Positions 35,040-43,462 of a stretch of 64,000 nt of DNA are shown piece by piece. Under the pieces are notes generated by a model that did not search any database, was not told the DNA's origin, and saw nothing but the letters and a program-made list of their open reading frames with translations. The position numbers and the translations under genes are program-made. This DNA comes from an uncultured Acidimicrobiales bacterium (GTDB lineage Bacteria > Actinomycetota > Acidimicrobiia > Acidimicrobiales > CALAML01): contig CALAML010000045.1 of NCBI GenBank assembly GCA_937925845.1, forward strand, positions 1,616-65,615, given 5' to 3'. Numbering within the stretch: position 1 is the stretch's first letter; each line of letters starts with the position of its first letter.

Positions 35040-35220
35040 GCGGCAACACAAAATCCGCAAAGGACGACCGTGACGCTCGGTGCTCGCAAGGTTGATATCC
35101 GTGGCCGGACCACTGTCGCGGTCTTGCCCGGATGGGTGAGGGGTCATAGGTTCGCCAATCGTGCATCGCTTGACCGGTCCGGCCTCCCCGAGTGTCGGCT
35201 CTACCAATGACGCTCGTCCG
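35040..35220 (+). promoter_or_regulatory. candidate structured 5' leader of the Rpf-like gene (possible ydaO-type c-di-AMP riboswitch; unverified)
   Basis: The gap before the Rpf-like CDS is long (344 nt, shared with the divergent gene). Its segments AAAAUCCGCAAAGGACGACC, GGCCGGACCAC, GGGGUCAUAGGUUCGCCAAUC and CCCCGAGUGUCGGCUCUACCAAUGACGC occur in the same order as the conserved ydaO blocks as I remember them. The match is imperfect. Confidence 0.25.
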
Positions 35221-35955
35221 ATGACGCTCCGCCCAACGACCCCGATGCGATTCGGCCAGAGCCGTTCGATTGTGGCGCCGATCCTTCTGGTTCTCACGGT
35301 GCTCGCGGCTGGTCTTGCGACAGCCGCTGCGCCTGGGGGAGCGCACCCCCACCCGCCGACAGCGGTAGACGACTCCGCGGAGTCGCCTGAGAGTCCCAGC
35401 CAGGAGATCGTGCTGGCCGCCCGCTTCCTGCTGGCCGAAACCACGAAGGCCGACGCCCTGGAGGCCGTCGAACGCCTTCGCGGAACCCGCGCCGAGGTGC
35501 AAATGCAGCTCAGCGCCGTTGAAGCCGACCAAGACGAAACAGCAGCGGCGAAGTATCAGCAGCGGCTGGACCGTCTCGAACGGCGGCTCAGCTACCAGTG
35601 GACCCGATGGCGGCGAGCCAACCGTCGGGCGTTCCTGGCCAAACAAGCAGCCGGCAACCTCCAAAACGAGACCACCAAAACCGATGACGCGGCCTCAGAG
35701 CCGGCGCCAGCTGACGGCCCCACGCCCGACCAATGGGAGTCGCTCAGACAGTGCGAATCAGGCGGTAATTACCAGATAGTCAGTGCCAATGGACTGTATT
35801 ACGGGGCCTATCAGTTCAGCTTGGGTACCTGGGCGTCCGTTGGTGGTTCTGGGAATCCGGCCGAGGCAACGGTGGCCGAACAGGACCGGCGAGCACAGAT
35901 TCTCTTCAGCCAGCGAGGATCCAGCCCGTGGCCCCATTGCGGTCGTTATCTTTAG
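35221..35955 (+). CDS. resuscitation-promoting-factor-like secreted transglycosylase
   Basis: The C-terminal domain …WESLRQCESGGNYQIVSANGLYYGAYQFSLGTWASVGG… is the Rpf/transglycosylase-like fold with the catalytic Glu in CESGG. An N-terminal signal/TM (IVAPILLVLTVLAAGLATAAA) is followed by a coiled region. The start is one of GTG 35161, ATG 35221 or ATG 35245. Confidence 0.8.
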   Translation: MTLRPTTPMRFGQSRSIVAPILLVLTVLAAGLATAAAPGGAHPHPPTAVDDSAESPESPSQEIVLAARFLLAETTKADALEAVERLRGTRAEVQMQLSAVEADQDETAAAKYQQRLDRLERRLSYQWTRWRRANRRAFLAKQAAGNLQNETTKTDDAASEPAPADGPTPDQWESLRQCESGGNYQIVSANGLYYGAYQFSLGTWASVGGSGNPAEATVAEQDRRAQILFSQRGSSPWPHCGRYL

Positions 35956-36186
35956 TGTAAAGCCAGTGTTCTCGGGTGGGAAATTTTGCCCGATTGGTTT
36001 CAATTTTGGCCGTTGTGGCCTACAGTTTGGGCTCGGTTAGGACGTGTCGGTTTGTAGCGCTCACCAGCCCCCCGGTTAGCAGCGCAGCAAAGATTCCAGA
36101 GCGCGTCCCGGTCTCTTCAAAGGCCCGCGTTCCCGCGGCCACTCACGGAGAGGTCGACGAGTACGGCGATTCAAGGAGCGCGCACC

Positions 36187-36417
36187 ATGGCACAGCGAAC
36201 GACTTTCGCGAAACTCCAACGAGAACGGGCCAAGCAGGCGAAGGCCGAGGCCAAGCGATCCAAGCGGCAGGGCACAGATCCTGCCCCCAAGCGGGACACC
36301 AGCGGGCCCCCGCCCCGCAAGCAGACCATGGAAGAGATGATCTGGGCCGAGGTCCAGGCCGAGAAGGAAGCTGCGGCTAAGGCCAAGGCTGACGCCGAAG
36401 CCAAGAAGGCCGAATAG
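36187..36417 (+). CDS. small Lys/Ala/Glu-rich protein, hypothetical
   Basis: 76-aa ORF with a canonical AAGGAG (36173-36178) 8 nt upstream of the ATG. I recognise no family. Confidence 0.55.
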   Translation: MAQRTTFAKLQRERAKQAKAEAKRSKRQGTDPAPKRDTSGPPPRKQTMEEMIWAEVQAEKEAAAKAKADAEAKKAE

Positions 36418-36519
36418 CCCCTCACGGGATGCAAGCCTGGTTGACACATCCACGCACTAGCTGACCAGTCGACTGGCTCACTCGTGCGCTAGCGGTCGCC
36501 CCCCAGTGACTGAAGCCAG

Positions 36520-37317
36520 CTATCGAGCTTGGCAGGTAGGACAGTGGGTCGTGCTTCGAGCATCGATCACACTGGCCTTCAACGTGTCGCCACAGCGAAT
36601 ACACCTCGCCCCAGCCCGTCCATAACAGGCCAGGGCCCGCTGATTGTTGCCGGTCGCCCCATCAACGGTTCGGTAATCGCGCAGCGTCGTGCCACCGTTG
36701 GCTAACCCGCGCTCCAACACCAGTTGGATCGCCGGCACCAGCCGAGCCGCCTGCGCCCGCGTCAGACGACGAAGCCCGGGATGTACACCGGCCTCGAAGA
36801 GCGCCTCGTCGGCGTAGATGTTGCCCACCCCGGCCACACACCGCTGGTTGAGGAGCTGAGTCTTGAGGCGAACCCTGCTCTTTCGGACCGCCTGCCAAAG
36901 TCCCTCAGGAGTGAACGCCTCCGACAGGGGCTCCGGGCCAATGGCATGCAGCGTCGGTAACGTCCGGTAGTCGCCGGCCGTCACCACCGCGATGCGGCCG
37001 AATCGACGCACATCCTCAAACACCAGCCGCTGGTTGTTGTCGAGGCGCCACCAGGCCCGAACATAAGGCTCGCGACTCTCCGGCCGGAGATGCAGCACAC
37101 CAGTCATGCCCAGGTGCACCACCATCTGGCGACGATCACTCAGATCGGCAACCAGATACTTCCCCCGCCGCCCAACCGAAGTAAACGTGGCATCAAGGGC
37201 ATCGGTAGCAGGGGAGAACTTGGCCGACGGATGAGCACCACAATCCACGACCCGGCGCCCAACCAACAACGGCTCCAGCGCCCTACGAATCGTCTCCACC
37301 TCAGGCAACTCCGGCAC
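36520..37317 (-). CDS. mutM: formamidopyrimidine-DNA glycosylase (Fpg/MutM)
   Basis: N-terminal MPELPEVETIRRAL (catalytic Pro2/Glu3), an H2TH region, and a C-terminal zinc finger CIRCG…HCPTCQ. Confidence 0.8.
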   Translation of the reverse strand: MPELPEVETIRRALEPLLVGRRVVDCGAHPSAKFSPATDALDATFTSVGRRGKYLVADLSDRRQMVVHLGMTGVLHLRPESREPYVRAWWRLDNNQRLVFEDVRRFGRIAVVTAGDYRTLPTLHAIGPEPLSEAFTPEGLWQAVRKSRVRLKTQLLNQRCVAGVGNIYADEALFEAGVHPGLRRLTRAQAARLVPAIQLVLERGLANGGTTLRDYRTVDGATGNNQRALACYGRAGARCIRCGDTLKASVIDARSTTHCPTCQAR

Positions 37318-37331
37318 CGGGTGACTTTATC

Positions 37332-37418
37332 TGCCCTCCGGGCTAGCCGTTCGCCACGGAGGCTTTGGCTGGCAGGAACCCCAAAGGCCGCCAGGCCGAC
37401 GGGTTCCCTTGGGGCCCT
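37332..37418. repeat. intergenic repeat element, copy B
   Basis: It aligns with copy A (6685-6790) over its whole length but lacks ~20 nt of A's palindrome core. An imperfect hairpin remains: CAGGAACCCCAAAGG / CCCTTGGGGCCCTG. Confidence 0.75.
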
Positions 37419-37507
37419 GTCCCGCGCGCCCACGGGGGTGCCTTTGCCCGTCGGCCAGCCGTCTGTGGTTGACGGGCTGGTGGTTTGCTTTGCCCCGGGG
37501 CTCTATT

Positions 37508-37553
37508 TGCCCTCCGGGCGGGCCGTTGGCCACGGAGGCTTTGGTTGGCCTTT
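37508..37553. repeat. intergenic repeat element, copy C (5' half only)
   Basis: TGCCCTCCGGGCGGGCCGTTGGCCACGGAGGCTTTGGTTGGCC matches the first ~45 nt of copies A and B. It has the same orientation and lies 176 nt downstream of copy B. Confidence 0.7.
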
Positions 37554-37564
37554 GGTTTGAACGC

Positions 37565-37613
37565 GAAGAGAGCGGCCCTTTTGGGCCGCTCTCTTCAACT
37601 GCTTTTTGTTGTT
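37565..37613. terminator. 14-bp perfect GC-rich hairpin with T-tract on the + strand side
   Basis: GAAGAGAGCGGCCC (37565-37578), loop TTTT, GGGCCGCTCTCTTC (37583-37596), then AACTGCTTTTTGTTGTT. It lies 27 nt past the stop of the - strand OmpA-like gene. The U-tract is on the + strand, where no CDS is upstream. Confidence 0.7.
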
Positions 37614-37622
37614 CTGCTCTGC

Positions 37623-39257
37623 CTAGGCGGCGGGGCGGAACTCGATTCGACGATCGGCGGCCTTGTCGCCACCGAGGGGCTGGGTCTCGCCGAAGCCTTC
37701 GGCGGTCAACCGACCGGCGTCGATTCCACGCTCGACAAGAGCGTTGAGCGTCGAGGTGGCCCGACGGTTCGACAGGTCGAGGTTCGAAGCGTCATCGCCA
37801 TCGGAGTCGGTGTGACCCTCAATGTTGAGGTTGGTATCCGCGTTGGCGTTGAGGAACTCAGCAACCTCGTCGAGGGTCGCCTGGCTCTCGGGAAGGATGA
37901 CGTCGCTGTTGACCTCAAAGAAGATGTTCTCGAAGTCGAGTGCGGCCGGACGGTCATCGCCGCCATCATCGCCTTCGCCTTCAACAACGATCTGGTTGTC
38001 TACCGCGGTCACGCCATCAAGAGCGATCACTGCTGCTCCGGCGGCCGCTCGGGTCGCTTCGTCAGCCGCAGTACCGGTCAGGGTCACCGAACCGTCGTCG
38101 GCTACATCGGCGGTCACGCTGCCGTTGTCGCCAACCGCTTCGTCGACCGTGCTCTGGACGAGCGAAGCGTCAAGACCGGGGGCCGGCTCTGGTTCCGGCT
38201 CCGGCTCGGGCTCTGGTTCCGGCTCGGGCTCTGGTTCCGGCTCGGGCTCTGGTTCCGGCTCTGGCTCTGGCTCCGGCTCTGGCTCTGGCTCTGGCTCCGG
38301 CTCGGCGGCGCTGTCATCGGCATCGTCGTCAGCGGTAGCGGTAGTGCCGTCGTCGTTGCCGTTATCGTCATCACCCAAGCACTGGGTGAGGATCAGCGCC
38401 AGCGCGATGATGCCGGCCAGGGCGGCAAGAATCCACCACGGGAAGCCCCGCTTTTTGCGCTCGGGTTCGCTGCGGGTTTGCACCGTGCGGGCGGCGCCAG
38501 CAGTACCGGCGGCCGCTGCGGTCTTCTTCGGTGTCTTGACCGTCGGAGCGTCGGGCGTCTTGGCCTTTGCTGTCCTGGTCACGTCGCCAACCTTGTCGGC
38601 GGCACCGGCCTTGGCGGCCATTGCCGCTCCACCAACGGCAGCGGTTCCTGCAGCAGCAGCGCCGGCAACCTTGCCTCCGGTGCTCATGCCGCCACCGGAG
38701 TTGCCGAGGATGCCACGCACCGACGACAGGAAACCAGCATCGTCTTCAGGATCATCGTCACCATCGAAGATGTCCATGATTTTGCCGAACGGGCCCTCTT
38801 TGGCCTCGCCCGTGGACTGACCAAGAAGCGACATGAAGCCACCCTGGTCCAAGCCGCCGCTGGCGACCTTCTTGCCGAAGAAGCCCATCACCAATGGGGC
38901 CAGCATGGGAAGCATGCGAGAGATCGCACCTTGTTCAACGCCCGAGGCGCTGGCGATTCCTTCGGTGACGGCACGTTCCTTGCTGCCGAAGACGCCGCCG
39001 ATCAGGCCGCCGAGGGGACCAGCGTCGCCCCGTCCGAGAAAGCCCGGGATGTTGTCGAGAATTCCGCCGTCGCTGGCCTTGGCCAGGTCGAACAGTGCGC
39101 CGGCTCCTTCTGGGCTGGCGCTGCGCTTGGTAAGTCCACCGAGCAGAGCGGGAACGGCCGCCCCTGCGGCACCTTTCGCTGAGTTTTCGTCTGTGCCCAG
39201 AAGGCCAGCGAGACTACGAAGTCCGTCGCCGCCTCCGAGGCCGAGTTGTTCAAGCAT
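37623..39257 (-). CDS. DUF937-like / TM / (Glu-Pro)n linker / BON / OmpA_C-like peptidoglycan-binding protein
   Basis: ATG 39257 is preceded by GGAGAGGAG. The N-terminal Gly-rich region (…[12 protein letters not shown]…[15 protein letters not shown]…) resembles DUF937. The TM helix is [19 protein letters not shown]. The BON-like segment reads …[35 protein letters not shown]. The C-terminal OmpA_C motif reads [25 protein letters not shown]…RRIEF. Confidence 0.85.
   Translation of the reverse strand: MLEQLGLGGGDGLRSLAGLLGTDENSAKGAAGAAVPALLGGLTKRSASPEGAGALFDLAKASDGGILDNIPGFLGRGDAGPLGGLIGGVFGSKERAVTEGIASASGVEQGAISRMLPMLAPLVMGFFGKKVASGGLDQGGFMSLLGQSTGEAKEGPFGKIMDIFDGDDDPEDDAGFLSSVRGILGNSGGGMSTGGKVAGAAAAGTAAVGGAAMAAKAGAADKVGDVTRTAKAKTPDAPTVKTPKKTAAAAGTAGAARTVQTRSEPERKKRGFPWWILAALAGIIALALILTQCLGDDDNGNDDGTTATADDDADDSAAEPEPEPEPEPEPEPEPEPEPEPEPEPEPEPEPEPEPEPEPAPGLDASLVQSTVDEAVGDNGSVTADVADDGSVTLTGTAADEATRAAAGAAVIALDGVTAVDNQIVVEGEGDDGGDDRPAALDFENIFFEVNSDVILPESQATLDEVAEFLNANADTNLNIEGHTDSDGDDASNLDLSNRRATSTLNALVERGIDAGRLTAEGFGETQPLGGDKAADRRIEFRPAA
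38185..38304. repeat. in-frame hexanucleotide microsatellite encoding about 20 Glu-Pro dipeptides
   Basis: GGCTCNGGYTCY units repeat without interruption for ~120 nt. They are translated on the - strand as EPEPEP… between the TM helix and the BON domain. Confidence 0.9.
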
Positions 39258-39517
39258 CTTGCTCCTCTCCCGATTCGGCGTAGATCGCGCTGGCCAAGAA
39301 GTTGGCCAGTTGAGGTCGGGAAGTTTTCCAAGCAGACGATAACGACTGCCCGATCTCTCGCGGGTGATAGCCACACGACCGTGATAAGAATGTCATATTT
39401 CGAAACACTCCGATCTGCCTTGCGCGATTCGTTGATTTCGGCTATCGCCCTTTGTTTATGGGCCTTTTCCGCTCTCCGACGGCATGAACGCCGATCGGGT
39501 TGCCTACAGTTCGACAT

Positions 39518-41224
39518 ATGAACGCATCGACACGTTCCGCGGCCAGAGCCACATTTTTGGTCACTCTGGGCGTTTGTCTCATTCTTCTTGCCGGATGCTC
39601 AATCGGTGGGGATTCGGCGGAAGAGGAGGCTGGCGGAAACGACCAAGTTGGCCGGGAAGTCGATGATTCCGCTGAAGTGGAGCCATTGGATTCTGATGGG
39701 GAGACGGTTGAACCGGATGACGGCTCCGCCCCAGAGGGTGGTCAGGGCGAGACCACAACCGGTGACGATGATTTGGATTCTGACGACGCGGCGGGGAACG
39801 ATCCCGAGGGGGACAGTGAGCCTGATGGGGCTGGTGGGGCCGATGGTGAGAGTGGTGGTTCGATCGATCGCGGCCCTGATCTCGAGAGCTATACGCCGGT
39901 GCCGGAGGACAGCACCGGTGACCGCTTGTTGATCCTTGAAGACGACGGTCGTCTTACATCGTTCGATCCGGACCGGGAAGAAGAGGTTGAACTGCGGCCA
40001 GCGCGCCTCGGCCCGCAGCCGCGCCAACCCACTTGGAGCCCCGATGGTCGATTTGTCGCCTGGGCCGAAGTCAACCGCAACGGTGGGGCAACTGTGGTGG
40101 TGTCGACCGCGGATGGCGTCTCGCAGCGCGGCTTTGCCACCCGATCAATTCCCTTCTTCTTTTCATGGAGCCCGGCGATGGACGGCACCCTCGCCCTGTT
40201 GGCCAATACAAACAATGCAACCCAACTCGCCCTCGACCGAATCAACGTGTTCGAAGACGGGGGAGAGGACCCCGCGTCCGGCGACGGCTTAACCCTGTTT
40301 GAGGGTGGCCCCCTCTTCAGCACCTGGGAGGGATCCGGAAGCCGGCTCGCCGCCCACGTCGGGCGGACCGAGATCTCGATCGTCGACCCAGAGACTGGAG
40401 AAAACCAAGGTCCGATGATCCCCGGGAGCCCGGGCCTGGTCACTCCGGTTTGGCTCGACTCCGGGGCCATCGCCATTGTTGCCCCTGAAGCCGTCGACAC
40501 GGGCGAACCCGGCACCGAGGAGATGCCGGCCACGATTGCCCTGGCCGAAGTCGCCGAGGTTGCGGAGAACGACGACACCGATGTGGGGCGTGTCGCCAAT
40601 CTGCGCCACCTCGTCGCCGCCCCCGATGGGTCGTGGTTGGTGGCGGAGGCCGATCAGCAGAGTCTGTTGGTGCAACCTCCCCTGCGGGTGGCGGTGGCCA
40701 ACCGGGATCCCGAAGTGCAACAGGTCAACGACGCCACGGCCCCGCCGCCCGCGGTGCTCACCCGGCAAGCAGAAGAACTCGAAACGCTGGGCCCCAACCT
40801 GTCGCGCCTCGACCTGGCCACCGGCGAACTCTCGGAGGTCATCGACGAGTCGCCCGTGGCGTTCTTCGCCAACCCTGTCGACCGTCACACCCTGGCGCTG
40901 TTGTCGCCCCGAGCCCCCGACCGGATCAGCCCGGAGTGGGTGGTGATCGATGAAGGAGGCAACATCATCGTGTCGTTCCCGCTGATTCCGAACGAGCACT
41001 TCGTGCAGAACTACCTACCGTTCTTCGATCAGTACGCCCAGACCACGGCCTACTGGTCAGTCGACGGTCAACGCTTCGTGGTCGTGGGCGCGGAGCCCGA
41101 CGGGGTGTCGGGGGTGTGGATGGTCGGCATCGACGGAACCACCAACCGGCTGCGAGATGGCATCAGCGCCAGCTGGCGGCCGGGCCCACGACCTGCGGAA
41201 GGCGGGGGTGAGGGAGTCGTCTGA
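39518..41224 (+). CDS. lipoprotein with acidic linker and PD40/TolB-like beta-propeller region
   Basis: Signal plus lipobox (…LILLAGCS) and a ~100-aa Asp/Glu/Gly-rich linker. PD40-like strands follow (…WSPDGRFVAWAEV…, …SPAMDGTLALLAN…). ATG 39518 is preferred over the TTG 39500 in the track. Confidence 0.7.
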   Translation: MNASTRSAARATFLVTLGVCLILLAGCSIGGDSAEEEAGGNDQVGREVDDSAEVEPLDSDGETVEPDDGSAPEGGQGETTTGDDDLDSDDAAGNDPEGDSEPDGAGGADGESGGSIDRGPDLESYTPVPEDSTGDRLLILEDDGRLTSFDPDREEEVELRPARLGPQPRQPTWSPDGRFVAWAEVNRNGGATVVVSTADGVSQRGFATRSIPFFFSWSPAMDGTLALLANTNNATQLALDRINVFEDGGEDPASGDGLTLFEGGPLFSTWEGSGSRLAAHVGRTEISIVDPETGENQGPMIPGSPGLVTPVWLDSGAIAIVAPEAVDTGEPGTEEMPATIALAEVAEVAENDDTDVGRVANLRHLVAAPDGSWLVAEADQQSLLVQPPLRVAVANRDPEVQQVNDATAPPPAVLTRQAEELETLGPNLSRLDLATGELSEVIDESPVAFFANPVDRHTLALLSPRAPDRISPEWVVIDEGGNIIVSFPLIPNEHFVQNYLPFFDQYAQTTAYWSVDGQRFVVVGAEPDGVSGVWMVGIDGTTNRLRDGISASWRPGPRPAEGGGEGVV

Positions 41225-41237
41225 CGAACCCCGGGAA

Positions 41238-41573
41238 TCAACCGCCGAGGAGCTTGCCCAGAAGCTTGTTGACCTTGCCGGCCTCCGGAACCTCGGTGCC
41301 TTCCGGGAGAAGATGAGGCGCGTCGCGCTGAAGCACCTGGAGAATCTCCTTGGCCGACGGGTTCACCATCGAGATCTCGCCGATGCGCACTGTCGGGACC
41401 GTCTCGTTGCCGTTGGCGACCGAACGGACAAAAGCGGCGTGTTCGTCGTTCTCCCAGATGTTGAAACGATCGATCGGGATGCCGGTGGGTTCGAGGTTGC
41501 GTTCCAGCCGAGCGCAGAACCCGCATCCGGGGCGCCAATACAGCTCAACAGCAGAAATCTCTTCAGTAGTCAT
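41238..41573 (-). CDS. mycoredoxin/glutaredoxin-like thiol-disulfide oxidoreductase
   Basis: From ATG 41573: …VELYWRPGCGFCARLERNL…FVRSVANGNETVPTVRIG…VNPSAKEI… This carries the CxxC active site and the TVPT cis-Pro loop of mycoredoxin-type proteins. Confidence 0.8.
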   Translation of the reverse strand: MTTEEISAVELYWRPGCGFCARLERNLEPTGIPIDRFNIWENDEHAAFVRSVANGNETVPTVRIGEISMVNPSAKEILQVLQRDAPHLLPEGTEVPEAGKVNKLLGKLLGG

Positions 41574-41685
41574 GTTCGGTCCAACCGTGTTCAGGTCCGG
41601 AATATGCCCGAGTGTCACTAACACACCGGCTCCACCCGAAAGCCTCACCAGAGGTAGAACACCAGCGAGCGATACCGAGGAAGCA

Positions 41686-42939
41686 CTAGGGAGCTGAGAG
41701 CTCTTGAATCAGCTCGAGCTGGGGTGGTGTGGGTGGCGGCCCGAGTTGGCTCCGGTAGTCGGAGCTGTCGATCTGCCACACGGCAAAGGCCTCAGCAAAG
41801 TCTCCAGCCGGGGTGGCGAAGTCGCTGGTACCGGGTTCGCCGAACCAGGTCCGGTCGTCCAACCCCCGAGCCTCGCGCCACTGGTTGCGTTCAGAATCAT
41901 CCATCAGCGTCACGTCAACCGCATGGCCAATCTCGTGGGCCAAGGTGATGGCCAGGTCATGGGCGCTTTGATCAGCTCGGACATACAGCTCGATGCGCTT
42001 GGAGGATGGATAGGTGCCCCCGAGGAAACCCTCACGAGCCGGCTTCACCTCAACGGTCCACTCCGGAAGAATCGTTTCCCAGTCGTAGCGCAACATGGCG
42101 AGGGCCTCTTCGCCAAGCGCTTCAAAGCTGGGGTCAACCGGCGTATCATCGTCGTCGATGGCGGAAAGACGGAGCACTTCACCGTCGGCGTCACCGTGAT
42201 CATGATCGTGGTCGTGATCAGCGTCGACAGTGGCTCCGCCGATGCCGATCGCCTCGCCGGTCTCATCTACCGGCCAATCGATTGCGACCGAGGCCATCTG
42301 CTCGGCGCCGCTGCCATCCTCGGGTTCCAACACCAGCGTGCCGACTGATGTCGACGCCACCAGTACACCGAGGGCTGGGAAGACGACCTTGCGAGTCAGA
42401 AGCTGATCGGTCCAGTCGGTCTGAGCCATCAACGTGTTGAGTGTTGACGCCACCTGATCCGAAGACAGACCCAGCGCCTGAGCAAGCGTGTCAATGTCCG
42501 CAGTGCGCAACGGCACCCGCGTGCCGGAACGGGCCGAGCGCATGGCGTAGACCAGCTTCAGATAACGCTCAAGAATCAAGTCGGGCTTTTGTAGTCCGCG
42601 GCGGTTAAACCGTTTCGAATGCTCGCCAACGCGAAGGCGGCGACGATCGAGTTCCAGCACCAACCGCATCCGCCGGGGGAGTACACCGTCGGTATCGGGG
42701 GCATAGATGCTCTTGAGCAGGAGGGCTTCGGCGTCACTGGGCTGGCGACGGCCGCTTTCGAAGGCCTCGATGTCTTCTGGTGAGAACTGCCGGGACGACC
42801 GTATGACCATGTCCCAGATATCGAGGTTCAGGTCGCGGCGGCGAGCGCGAAGAAATTGGCCGAGCCGAACCGGAGAAACCAGTGATTCATCCAGCTCGGC
42901 GTAGTTGTCGTCTTTATGTTCAACCTCGGACAGGAGCAC
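41686..42939 (-). CDS. membrane-spanning protein: N-terminal HTH-like domain, one TM helix, extracytoplasmic HExxH metallopeptidase-like domain
   Basis: The XRE-like helix-turn-helix context is …VRLGQFLRARRRDLNLDIWDMVIRS…FESGRR. The TM helix is VVFPALGVLVASTSVGTLVL. A DHDHDHDHGD run follows. The C-terminus has AITLAHEIGHAVDV (HExxH) with a downstream …GDFAEAFAVW…. Confidence 0.7.
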   Translation of the reverse strand: MLLSEVEHKDDNYAELDESLVSPVRLGQFLRARRRDLNLDIWDMVIRSSRQFSPEDIEAFESGRRQPSDAEALLLKSIYAPDTDGVLPRRMRLVLELDRRRLRVGEHSKRFNRRGLQKPDLILERYLKLVYAMRSARSGTRVPLRTADIDTLAQALGLSSDQVASTLNTLMAQTDWTDQLLTRKVVFPALGVLVASTSVGTLVLEPEDGSGAEQMASVAIDWPVDETGEAIGIGGATVDADHDHDHDHGDADGEVLRLSAIDDDDTPVDPSFEALGEEALAMLRYDWETILPEWTVEVKPAREGFLGGTYPSSKRIELYVRADQSAHDLAITLAHEIGHAVDVTLMDDSERNQWREARGLDDRTWFGEPGTSDFATPAGDFAEAFAVWQIDSSDYRSQLGPPPTPPQLELIQELSAP

Positions 42940-43037
42940 AACTGTCCAACGGCAGATCTCGCCAGTGACCTTAAGTGAGAAACCGGGGTTGGGTAGGAGT
43001 GCTTACGCGACTTGGCACAGCAGATCGACGTCCTCAG

Positions 43038-43075
43038 CGGTTCGTACCCCCACCCGAGCGGTTTAGTACCCCCAC
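43038..43075. promoter_or_regulatory. two copies of a 16-17-nt direct repeat phased 21 nt apart, just upstream of a small ORF's ribosome-binding site
   Basis: CGGTTCGTACCCCCAC (43038-43053) and CGGTTTAGTACCCCCAC (43059-75), both preceded by AG. They sit in the divergent region between the HTH-HExxH gene (start 42939) and the small ORF (AAGGAG 43076-43081, ATG 43087). Confidence 0.45.
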
Positions 43076-43086
43076 AAGGAGCGGAA

Positions 43087-43329
43087 ATGACGGCGAATCC
43101 GGCCCTCGAAGCAATTGCTGGCAGCCACATCATCAGCAATCATGTGAACATCGATGCCAAAAGTGCGCGTTGGACAGTGAGCTGCAGCTGTGGATGGTCC
43201 CGCAGCCGGTTCAACAGTTGCGCTGCCGCAAACCAGGCTGGCATGGCCCATCAAGGGAACCTCGAGACCGATTCTCTGCGCGCTCTCACCCCCACCCCAG
43301 AACTGGTCGGATCCGGCGTCGCCGAGTAG
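43087..43329 (+). CDS. small hypothetical protein (80 aa, three Cys)
   Basis: A canonical AAGGAG lies 5 nt before ATG 43087. The translation is MTANPALEAIAGSHIISNHVNIDAKSARWTVSCSCGWSRSRFNSCAAANQAGMAHQ… I recognise no family. Confidence 0.5.
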   Translation: MTANPALEAIAGSHIISNHVNIDAKSARWTVSCSCGWSRSRFNSCAAANQAGMAHQGNLETDSLRALTPTPELVGSGVAE

Positions 43330-43462
43330 CGGTGCGCCTACCGACAGCGAAACCTGCGAGCAGGCGGTTTTCGGACTGACCGAAAGCTGAAATAAGCCCA
43401 ATATTGCAGTTCAGTCGCAGTCTTCGAAACTCGGCGAGGTTTCCCTAACGGCCATTGAGGTC

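Noticed and set aside
38185-38304. Regular short repeats examined as a possible CRISPR array (also 44449-44550 and 63782-63841).
   Set aside because: The units are 6-15 nt, contiguous with no spacers, and in frame inside CDSs. There are no cas genes in the window.
37485-39182. 565-aa and 332-aa + strand ORFs (37485-39182, 37822-38820), including a GSGSGS… reading of the microsatellite.
   Set aside because: They are antisense to the DUF937-BON-OmpA_C gene, which has a strong SD and recognisable domains. The ORFs stay open only because the hexanucleotide repeat lacks stops in all frames.
43038-43075. Two ACCCCCAC runs considered as the C-rich loops of an actinobacterial 6C RNA.
   Set aside because: I could not pair flanking sequence into the two hairpins that should present the C-runs as loops. 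The units are direct repeats rather than stem-loops. A covariance-model scan would settle it.
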